A stretch of 64,000 bases of DNA. Source: Azolla caroliniana. Its lineage: Eukaryota > Plantae > Polypodiophyta. The DNA is taken from positions 1,426,001-1,490,000 of the forward strand of contig JBHGNT010000012.1 of assembly GCA_043228905.1 (NCBI GenBank), given 5' to 3'. Position numbers and translations under genes: made by a program. The notes under the pieces were generated by a model. That model did not search any database, was not told the origin of the DNA, and was given only the letters and a program-made list of their open reading frames with translations. Below are positions 28,350 through 39,951 of this stretch, in pieces (within the stretch, counting starts at the first letter, position 1; every line of letters starts with the position of its first letter).

Positions 28350-28590
28350 CTAGGCTCAATATCCCAATATCTTTATTGCTTTATGATATTCTTCATAATA
28401 TATACTGAAAATCTCCCAAATTTTATATTGTGATTCAAGTCGAATTGAATTGATTAGTAATGTTGATAGCAAGCTCTATAGGTTCAATATCCCAAGATCT
28501 CTACTGCTTTATGATAATCTTCATAATATTGAGAATCCCGAAAAATTAGATTGTGATTCAAGTCGAATTGAATATATTAGTAATGTTTAT
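28350..28590. repeat. Tandem duplication, 2 x ~125 bp
   Basis: tagg.tcaatatcccaa.atct.ta.tgctttatgata.tcttcataata...ttgtgattcaagtcgaattgaat twice. Confidence 0.85.
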
Positions 28591-29943
28591 CATATCTAAT
28601 AGCGACTATTATATTATTATTTACCACATTACTCAAAAAGTCAAGCCTTTGGATATTCTAATCAAAAGGCTTCTACATGGCCTCTACTTCACGACATATC
28701 TTGTCAAGGAGAAAACTTCATTACCCAACTAGTAATGGACATGTCACGCCATACATGTGGCATCACAAATGATAGAAAGGCTATCATGGAGGGTTAGCCA
28801 TATTCTCTTATATCACATTCTCTTTATAGAATTGAGATTTTCTTCAAGGTTGAGCATCTAAAGGATGCTTATAAAGGGGGTGTTTATATGAGGAACATGG
28901 TTAAAGGGTACATGGATTTCCTCCTTTCCAAAATGTAGTTGTCACAAGTTTCCGTATTATAAATTGCCCAACATGTGATCTTATCTTTTGCCAAATTGGA
29001 CATATGTGCTTGCACAAGCTTAGTGCACTAGTTCTCAACCACAATTATCATTTGTTAGTTTATGGCACAATTGGCAAACAAAAATAAATTTAAGGTCAAA
29101 GTGGTATTGCTTATTTGGTTCATCACATTTACGTGTTCGACAATTCTCTTTTGTTAATTTTACATCATGCACATAGAGCTATTGAAACATTAATGTCAGT
29201 TGTGGTGATTGGGTATGAAGGTATTCAAGCTTGCTAGCTAGGGCTCTCAATTGCAATAAACGGAGAGAAGCTTTCACAACTTCCCATGTTGACTAACTCA
29301 TTAGAAAGCACTAATTCAACAGTATAAGAAGTAGATTTAAGTGTAGAGTTCTTTCTCTTCTATGTGCCAAAGCAGCTGGTCTTGCCTCTCTTGAGATGGA
29401 CAAAAATTGGTACGAGAAGAGTTTTGACTTAAACTCTGTACAAGACTATAAATTAATTATGTCCAAGACATCAATTATTACAACATCCTCGGCTGATATT
29501 ACTAGGCCAAAGTATATATGGATTATGTACGAATATATGTACGAATGATATTATGTATTACACACATCATATGTACACATACATCTAAGGTGATTTTTCC
29601 CTCAGAACAACCTTGAATGTGATGATCAAGCGATTCTTTACTATAAATGTCTCAACAACTCCATCAACCAAGCTTAGGTTCTTACTTCAATGGCATATCA
29701 AAAAATGCTGTTCTTTTACATTACCTTTCTTCGCTTCCCCAATGCATGTGAATATAGGAGCACAAAGAATTTGGTTTGGTTGGAAATTTATTCTGGTATT
29801 TGATCCCATCAACTCTGATTTTTGACATGTGTCCATGAACTCTCAAACTTGGCATTAATCCCTTCAACTCTACTATTTTGGCACTGGGCCCATGAACTAA
29901 AATTTGGCAATGATTCCCATGAACTCTCATAGCATTTCAGCGT

Positions 29944-32900
29944 TTATGTACTCATGGGCTCATTCGTTTTCTTCAGAGATTGTGATTGTAATTTGTATTC
30001 CCAAGGATACAAAGACAATACGAATACACATAATACAGAGACACCGATCAAACCAGTCAGTGGGTCCCCCACACGAGTTCCAAAAATCCACGTCGGAACA
30101 TCAATGGCATATGCCAACTTCCCAGCTTGGTTCATAAACTGATTTCCTGCTATCAACCCTGCATGTATACCAATTGCAGAGACCAAACTTCCATTGCATT
30201 TCACCTTCACCCCACTAAGAACTACTGACAGCAACCATAGACCTGGTATAGCTGGAATAAACCTGGTAATATAAATAAATAAATCACAATTAACTTCATC
30301 AGTTTGAAGAGCTTTCATCATTTTGGCCTACCATATCTTTATATGAGAGAAGAGTATGTTCTTTTTAAAATATTTCTGACAAATCTTTAAAAGAAATATT
30401 ATAATTGTGGGGTGGGGCCGGCCAAGTCTGGTTCAGTCCCAGCTCAGTCCAATGTGAGGTGCCATGCGTGTAGCCCAAATAGCATGTGTAACAGCCCATT
30501 TGGGCCACTTTTTAAGTGGAGCGTTTGCCCACCAAAAGGGCGGAAGAGGTTCCCCTTCCTGCTTGTGCATATCACAATATGGTAAACTAAACCAACCACA
30601 AACTGCTCTTGATTAATCCCATGGACTATATGGGTTTCAAGGTTAAATTAACCAATAAAATATTCATGTCTTCCTTTGAAATATGACCCTTCATATTTTC
30701 TACCTTTTAGCATGATTCCTGTGGACTTCATGGATCTCAAGATTAAATTAACCAATGAAGAGTTTCTTGTATTCCATGAAATATGAACCTTCATATTTTG
30801 AACCTTTTGTTATATGAGAATTTCATGCTATATTTCGTTTCTAATTTGGTGGGATCCAATAATTTCTCCTAATAGTGCTATTAGAATATAGTGGAGCATG
30901 GTCTAAAATTGGTATTGAGTGTAGGCAATGTATATACCAGTGACAAACTGCAAATGCAAGTCCTGACAAGATGGTGGCTTTATGGAATCCGAGGTCTACA
31001 GAAATCTCATCTTGAAGCCAGGATCTGAAAATTAGCTCCTTCAAAAAAGAAACTGCCAAACTTGTCCCAAGACATTTCAAAACCAACTTCAACATCCTCA
31101 AGCTTGAAACTACGTTCAGTAACAATGATTTAGAACCATTTATACATATGGTAGAGTCCCAGCTGAAAAGTGTAAATCCACAAAATATGCTGAGCATGTG
31201 TACAGAAACAATTGGGAGTAATCCTAAGACAAATCCACTAGCCAGAGTCTGCAGCTGCACAAGAAAAGAGGAAAGCTTGTAAGAAAGAAATATTAGTGAA
31301 GTAGGTAACATTATAATGTCATCTCTATTATAAAATCAATACAGAAATGATCAAAGTTCGATATGGAAACAAACTTGTTCAAGCATTGGCTGGAGTTTGA
31401 TGCCATATTGACTGAGAGGATTGGTGTAACCTCGGATTTTCCGTCCCCATATACCCACAAGAATTATAACAGCACCATACAAGCCCACCAGAGCAGCCAT
31501 ACTAGCAATACCATTATAGGATTGTATTGCCCATTGTTGCAGAAGTGTTGGTAATAAGGGCACAAGAACGGGTGACCATAGAAGTAATGCCATAATCACA
31601 AAACCGGAAAGCCTGGAATCGTAGATTTTATGATACTTTACACTTTACTATAAGAAACTTCACCAATGGTATACAATCAAATAAACAAGAAATGTTAAAA
31701 AAAACAAATTGAACAAAGAGAATGCAACCCAGGAATTCAGCATCAAAATGGCTCAGTGCCTCTTACAAGGACCTCATAAATATGCCCAAAACATATTGAA
31801 CAAGGTTGGTCTGTGTTCTAAATATATGTCAGAAACATGTCATTACAGGCATCTCTAAGAGCCCTCTATCTGTTTAGAATTCTCACAGAACCCTCACACT
31901 ACTTTGCACTCGATCTCACATGTTAGGTATCGAAGTTGCATCATGGTGACAAAATGTAACTAATTTGAAGGCATGTAAAGTATGTAATGAAGGTATGGTA
32001 GAGGATGAATGTCACTTGCTCTTCCCATGCTCGGCATACAGTGCAATTCGTGCAAGATATGATGACATATTAAGAGGGAGTGATAAATTAAGTGCCATAC
32101 TTGAGACACCACCTAGAAGGTTGAGTTCATATGTGTATGCCTTATTCACACATAGAGACTGTGTGCTTCAATGTATGAATACCCCTTTTTAGGAAGGAGA
32201 CACATATCAAGAACACATGTATACTCTGGTCCCATAGGTCAAAACTGACCTCTTTATGGACGATAATAAAAAAAAATCTAAATTCTAAAAAACATCCCAT
32301 AGTTATTGTCTCTAACTGTGTCCATTATGTCAACAGCCAAAACTTTTCCCGGAATAAATATTCAACACCCACATGAAATCAAACGCAGGCATAAACTACA
32401 CTATCCCAGGGCCCACTAGTGATTCAGGCAAATAATATCATTGTATTGTGTGCTCAATGCTCCCAGGAGATCCTAGCTTACGTAGTCTCCAAATATTCTT
32501 AGAAATCTGTTACGATATAGTAGACTACACACTCATCTTTAGAAAATCTCATTATTCCAAGGATGTCATCTTCCATTGAAATTTCAAGGATAGCATCATC
32601 ATCTAGTAATAAGCTTTCGATGGATCTAATATACATGGCCAACCTGTCACACTGAAGCACTTTAATTTTCTGGCATATCAAGCCTGTATTCCATGGTATT
32701 TCAGGTATTCTCCTAATATCCCTATAAAGAACTCAAGAGTAAAATATAAATAAACTATGCATTAGCAGGAACGATAATATTACTGAATGAACTTAAGAAA
32801 GATAAAACTATTTCCACAGGAGACACTTTGCTACCTCTGATGGAGAGGTCTATCTGAAATGTGAAGGAAACCCAGAAGTTTGTCAGTCAAACTTATTGCT

Positions 32901-35900
32901 CCCTTCAGACCACTCCAGAGAAGTGCCATCTTTCCAATATAACGCCACATTCCACCTTTCTGAACTAACCCTGCGAGGATTTCAACCAATCTGTAGAAGG
33001 AAGACTGTAAACCATTTGGACAATCATTATGAAGGAAAAGACTATGTTTACTATTCAATACCTGTCATGATCCACTTCACCATCCTCCTTTACAGGGACA
33101 ACTGGAGAAGCCACAAACATCGCCTTTTCTGCAAAAGCACTAACGATGCTTGTTTTATTTTCGTTGGATTCAGCTTTTGGATCATCAATCTCACTCAGAA
33201 TTTCTGTTGTATGTGAAGCATTTGCGTTAGAAGTACTTATGGATTCTTCATTGCTTCCCTTTTCAGTTGCAGAAGCAGTTGTAGCACCCATTGCTGCTGC
33301 AGTCAAATTCATCATTTGATAGCTAGTAGTATCCAAGCTTTGGCCATTGGCTTTATGTCCATCCTGAACAAAAGATTGTTTTTCTTGTACATCCTGACTG
33401 GCCATTTCGTTACTTGAATTGGAGTTTATAACGCCATCATGCTGCTTCTGAGAATGTTTGATTGGCTTAACAGGGTCATTATTATTTATGCTAGCACGAA
33501 CAAGTTTCCCTTCACAATTATTCTTTTGAAGAAAATCTCCCTCAAAGCTGGATTGTTCGTTGTCTGTTTGCTTATCTTCTTTGACATCATTAGTGCTTAA
33601 TATGTCCAGGGGGCTCAATGCTGCTAAAACAAGACCAAACAGCACACCAACTGGCATGAGTCTTGGTAAGACGATACAACCACTGTACACATTATTTATT
33701 GCATTCATAATTCTCTTTACATGCAGCTTTGGTGCCTTTTCAGTACCCTGCAATTGAGAGACCCTGTTTTGTAAACTATTCTCTCTCTGACAGGAATGAA
33801 CATCAGGATTTGTTACTCCAGCCACAGCCAAGCCAATCATTGTTATATCTTCACTCAATCCATCTCCTAACATCTTAATCTCTGAGTCTCCAAACCGTCT
33901 TACCAAATCGAGTTGTACAGTGTCTACAATAGCATCTTTAATTTTCTCTTTTAAACGTGAACTTCCTCTCATGCTGTACTCTTCATCTCTCTGTTCTTCA
34001 ATAAATTCCTCAGAAACTAGATTTGCATGTTCATCATCACCATCATATCCAGGGTCATGGATGCAGCTTCTGTTTCCAGGAACATGTTTTTCATCATCCA
34101 TTATTATATATGTTGGTTCAATCACTTCAGCTGATATACTGTTGGTTGTCCTATCTGTATCATCAGGCTTTATTTTTCCAAATTGTTCAGTTTCATGTTC
34201 TCCCTCCACTCTTTTATTCCCACTTCTTTTATCTTGAATTTCATCAAGACTCAAATCGAAAGTACTGCCTATAAATTTCCATATTTTTTCATCTTCAAAA
34301 TATTCCAGTGCAACATCATCAGGAACCATCCCGATTGGTTTACTGGATATAAAAAGTTCTCTTTGGGGCATTTTTCTGTTCAATAGAATACCATGGTAAT
34401 TATTTGAAATCCTGAAAGAATCTGTATACCTATCACTGTTTCCTGTCATTATGTTCCTTTCTGCAAACATAGCACCAGTCCCTTTGTTTGAAGAGCTATT
34501 ACAAGTCCCTGGAACCATTCTTCTGTTTACAAAATTTTGTGAATCTTCAAGCCTTTCGTTATTAGGATGCGCATCCCAAGTAATGCTATGAGTAGCATGC
34601 ACTTGATTTTGTGAGTTACAAGAAGTTGTAACTTCAATGTGGCTTTGCTTCTGACATTCATTTTCTGTATTTTGTTCTTTAACGCCTCCTCTAGATACTT
34701 GAGACAAACTCTTTGATTCCTGACTCTCATCCTGATTCTGTTTGTCCTGCTCCTCCTCTTTCTCTTGCTCCTTCTCCAGTTTATCTATGACATTCTCAAT
34801 GACTTCAAAAACATTCGCTACAGCCATCTGGGTTGAATCATCAACCTCTGTGAACGCCAGCAAAGCCTGTCTTACATCTATAGATGTTGAATTGGAATTC
34901 TGTATTGGGATTTGCTGGGAATTTTCTTCTGAGCTTTGTTCAGGAGGTTTGCTATTAATATCTTCTGAATCAGGCTTAAATGTAGATGATGACTGATCCT
35001 TTCCCTCTTGATGATTTTCAGTTTCTTTCTTTTCCTCAATATTTCTAGCTTCTTGAGATTCTCCATCTGGCATCTTCTCCATTTGAATAGGTTCCGTTTG
35101 CTTTGTTTCACCTACATTATAGGCAGCCCCATTACCAGTTTCCTGCCCATTTACCTGAACATCTGAAGAAATACTTTGAGGAATCCCAGATTGAACTTCT
35201 TGTACATTAGAAGAGGATTGTGGTATATCTTCTTGATGATTGGAGGGAATGCTACTTCGGAAACTGGAAGCTCTATCACCAGTTTTTTGCTTATTTATCT
35301 GAGCATCTGAAGAATTCTCAGATAGATCTTCTTGTACATTAGTGGAGGTCTGTGGAATATCTTCTTGACAATTAGAGTCTGTCTCTTTTTGGAAAGTAGA
35401 CTTTGTGACTGTGGTATGTTCCAAATTATTGACATCGTGGACATCTTCTGAAGAGCCTGTCAACTCTGACCTCTTAATAGCGACTTCTGAATTATCATTG
35501 GAATCATTTCCATCCCTGTTAACCACATTACCATTCTCTCTTAACGCGTCAGGCTGTGATTGTTCTGCCACTCGATTAGTTAGAGGAGCAGTTAGGCTAT
35601 CATGCACAGAACTAAGCTTCTGTTTGATTTCCTTTACTGTACTTTCTGAGATATTTGGTGCAGGAATACTCTTTCCAAACCCTGCACGCGCCAAATTGAT
35701 ACCCCTGGCCTGAACAGCTGCAGCTATAGCTGTTGTCATCTTCTCTCTCACATCTTCTGGACAGGCTGCTTGTAGTGCTGTCACTATTGTTTCTCCCCTT
35801 CCAACTGCTTCCAAAACCTGCCATAGTGCAAAGGATTTTAGTTAAATGGAATTATAAACATGAAAGTGCATTTTTGTTTCCTTAAGACTAAGGTTTTTTA

Positions 35901-38900
35901 CTAAAAAATGTTTGTCAAGGAAGAGGAACATGTGGCACTTAATGCACATGGACTTCCCAAATGGAAAAACAAAGATGAGGTAATGTCTATAAGAGGCCAT
36001 ACAGGTGTATGGGTATGATAGTTATCCGTGCAACCATATGGCTCGTAATATAACTCTAAAGATATCCAATGAGCAAGTGACAAAGTTAACTTTGCATGCT
36101 TAATAGTAGTGGATGGGTGTTGACCCTTGAGGGATGATTATGCTGTTAGATTCCTTTATGGAATTGGCACTGTATTGTCCTTATTTTGGTTTGTTGCTCT
36201 GAAAGATGAGAAACCTTTTAAGATGTAATTTCTTGTTCGATCTTAGGCCATTTTGGCCTCTGAAAATATGTCAATACATTTTTCTTTCTTCACATTGCAT
36301 TAAGCAGCCACAAATGCCTTTCTCTACACAACAGGTAATGCACCCAGACTTGGTAGATTCATACAAAATAGTTGGTATGATGAGGAATTTCGTAATACAA
36401 GGAGATGCTGGCAGTACAAAGTAACTTAGGGTATTTATACACATAAACAAGCAAGAGCAACCTTCCAACACCTTGTGAGGAAGAAGGGATTTTTACTTAG
36501 CTAAATTTGAAGAGCATGTTTATAGCTTGTTCCTAGGAAAGGAAAGTAAAAAAGAGCATGGAAAATGTTTTAATGACAGGCAACCTACACCACAACTGAC
36601 CTCATCTCAGATGCAACATGAATATGAAAAGGTACTATATGGTATCCCCTGGAAGCCCCACCCACATGGCTCACGCCCACATGAATCCGCCTTTTTTACT
36701 CCACAAAATGTAGGAAATGCTATTGATTGGTTACAATTTGGGAAGGCCCAGGATCATGCGCACTTTATCTATGCCTGCGACATCTTGCTCCCATTGCTAG
36801 CACACATCTTTAACAGAGCTATGAGCAAAGGTCTCCCGACTAGATGGACAGAACATACCATTGTGCCAATCCTCAAGAGTGGAGACCCTATTATGCCTAG
36901 CATTTATAGGACAATCATGATTCGCCATTACTTGGCTAAACTATTGGCTCCATCCTAGAGTCAGAATTGACTATATGGGCAGAGCGAAATGGCTGCCGTT
37001 CAGCTGGAGAAGCAGACTTTCGGAAAGGGTTCACAACTTTGGATCACATATTGACTCTCCGAGCCCTTATCGAGGAGGATGAGCCCATAATAAGAGGATT
37101 TATTGTTGCTGTACCTCTCCATTCTTGATCGACCTATTCGAGAGATCTTTTGAAGACAGAAAGTACAATATATCTGACTTGAGAATCTTACAAGCACCAG
37201 TAACAAGATTCTTTAGTCACTTATTAGCATATTTACTTTTTTACTTAGTCACATTTATTTTGGTTAGATGTTCTCAAAGATGAGACAACACTTGAGATGT
37301 AATTTCTTGTTTGGTCTTATTGGCCATTTTGGCCTCTTAAAAGACATTAATATTTCTTTCTTTCCTTATATGCCAACTGATCGTTATATTCCATGTGAGG
37401 CTTTATCTCTCTCTCAAACATAGTGTACCATATAATGGCAAGATTAAGGCTCCTCAAAATACCATTCATAATGGAACAAACGACCAATGTGGTCCTCCAA
37501 ATTTGCAGATATCATCCTTTCCCTTATATGGACATAAATCTATCATATGCACTGTGCAATGTTATAGAGCAGCTGTTGACTTCTTCCCATCAGTTAGAGA
37601 TTGAGGTAGCCAAATATGCAGGAATACACGTAGAAGAAACAAGCGGTACTTGGGGTTTTTCTTGCTAGAACCAAAGAGACACATGGATAAGGACAACATG
37701 GCTACAAAAGCTCATGAACAAAGAACAAGCACAGCTTTCTTTAGCCCCATTAGGACTACTCATGCTACAAGTTAATCAAGGGCTACACAAATGGGCTCCC
37801 AACTAGGATATTGCAAAGGGGTTATAATCAATTAGGCAATAGCAATTTGGTGTGCACGTAGGCCCCTGTCCCATGGCCCATGATCTCGCCACCCTTATCA
37901 TTGACAAATAAAGACCATTATCTCCTGTCATCGCAGGTGCTTCCCTCGCTTCTGATACCTCTCCATTCTGGATCAACCTATGCTAGAGATATTTCGAAGG
38001 CAAAATGTACAATATATCTGACTTGAGAACCTTACTCATATAGATGACAAGATTTATTAGTAATACGAGTAATATGATTTATTACTCATATTAATCCTAT
38101 TTCTATTTACTTTTTTACATAGTTTATTTTGGTTTTCTGTTCTCAACGATGAGACAACATTATGATGTAATCTCTTGTTTGGTCTTATGTGTGAGAAAAG
38201 CTGTTAATAGCAGCAGCGGAACAGTTGTTAGAACAAAATAGACACAGCCAAGCTGTGAGAAGGCTGTTAGACAGCAATAGAAAAAATGGTTGCAAAGAGA
38301 AGTGCTTGTTTTTAAGTAGCAACAAAAGTAAAAGTCTTTGCAAAAGAGGCTGGTATAGCCTATTTATACAAATTTGGGGAAAGTGGGTGAGATGGTTGTT
38401 TGGTAGTTAAGTGACTTTTGTACTACTAAACAAGTACAATAAACTAGGAATAAGAGGGAATATCTTGGAAAAAGTAGAAGAGAGAAAAGACATTTAAAGC
38501 GTTGCCGATTCTAGAGAGAGAAGGCATTTAAAGAGTTGCAGATTCTAGAGAGAGAAGAATCTAGGAAGAGAGAGAATGTAGAACAGAGATAATAAAGATG
38601 AACAAGAGCGCAGGTCTGGAGCTGCCACCCTCCAACATTATGGGCCATTTTGGCCTCTTCAAAGACATATATATCTTTCTTCTTTCTTTCTTTCTATACT
38701 GAATTGAGAGGGATGGGAGAGGTGACTGAATATCCAACTGAGAGGGATAGATGATAAACCCATCAGGTAGCATATTAAAATTGAAAAAATATTCAGAGAC
38801 AAGGTACTTTTTCCATCTTTCTACCAAGTGACACTATGCGTTTTTGTTTTATCACTCTATTCTTCTATCATCAGGTCACATCTAGATGTTGGCAATCAGC

Positions 38901-39911
38901 GCTACATTCGACTGAGGAACAGCATATATGCTCATGTTGTGTGGCCAAAGTCATTCTTTGCATATTAACCATCATCAACTCGTTCAGATAGAATTTTTCC
39001 TTTTTTGGATCTGAAGAGATTACTGTCAAGGTTGAGTTCGTCCCGTCATGAAACAAGAGATTCGTTTCTATCTTCATGCAGTAGCCATGGAATTCGTTTG
39101 GGAAAAACGTTGAGAAACTATAATCCATCGGCCAATCCGGCGACCCTGACCTCGCCCTAAGAGTCTGGGATTGGATCAAGTCGATTTAGAAAAGCCCATC
39201 GAAGATGGATCAGACTCAGGGAATTTTTTAACCCAGAATCGATTCTATCAAAATGATTCATCCATTGGGTCTTTCTAGGAACCAGAAGAATTGAAAATGC
39301 TTTACTGGTCGCTAAGATTCTGGTTACGATTCATATATTGAAATAAAAGCTCGGTGGGTAGAGAAACTATTTCTATCTTAGCAGAAATTATCTCATACGG
39401 CTCCATATGATGTAGGTAATCATTAGAACCAATGGCCTCTGCACACAGCCAAATCTCAGTCAGTGGTTCTTGCAATTATTAGCATATACTATATGTATGT
39501 GTTGAAAATCAAGCTCAACTTGTGTGAGCATGTGCTTGTGAAGAAAAGGACGATGTATGAAAAAGTGTGTGAGGACACTTTATTGTAATCCGTGTAGTTG
39601 TCGAGTGTGTGAGAGCACACTTTATTGTAATCTGTGTAGTTGTCAAGTGTTACTGTGGTAAAAGAATATTAGATATTCTTATGACAAAATCGTCCTCAAG
39701 TGGATATCTTGGTTAGATTCCACCAACACATTTAATAGGGCAGTCCCTTGAGGACTTGTATATAAAACCCCCTTTGGCCATTCAGTTTAGTTGATGATCT
39801 TTAGATAATTTATATAGCTCTCGTAAGTGCATAAGCTGTCATCCCCCTACTGTGTGTTTTCTTATTTTTCTGGTTATTCTCTGTAATTCCTTCTCTTGCT
39901 TATACATTCAC

Positions 39912-39951
<40 letters not shown>

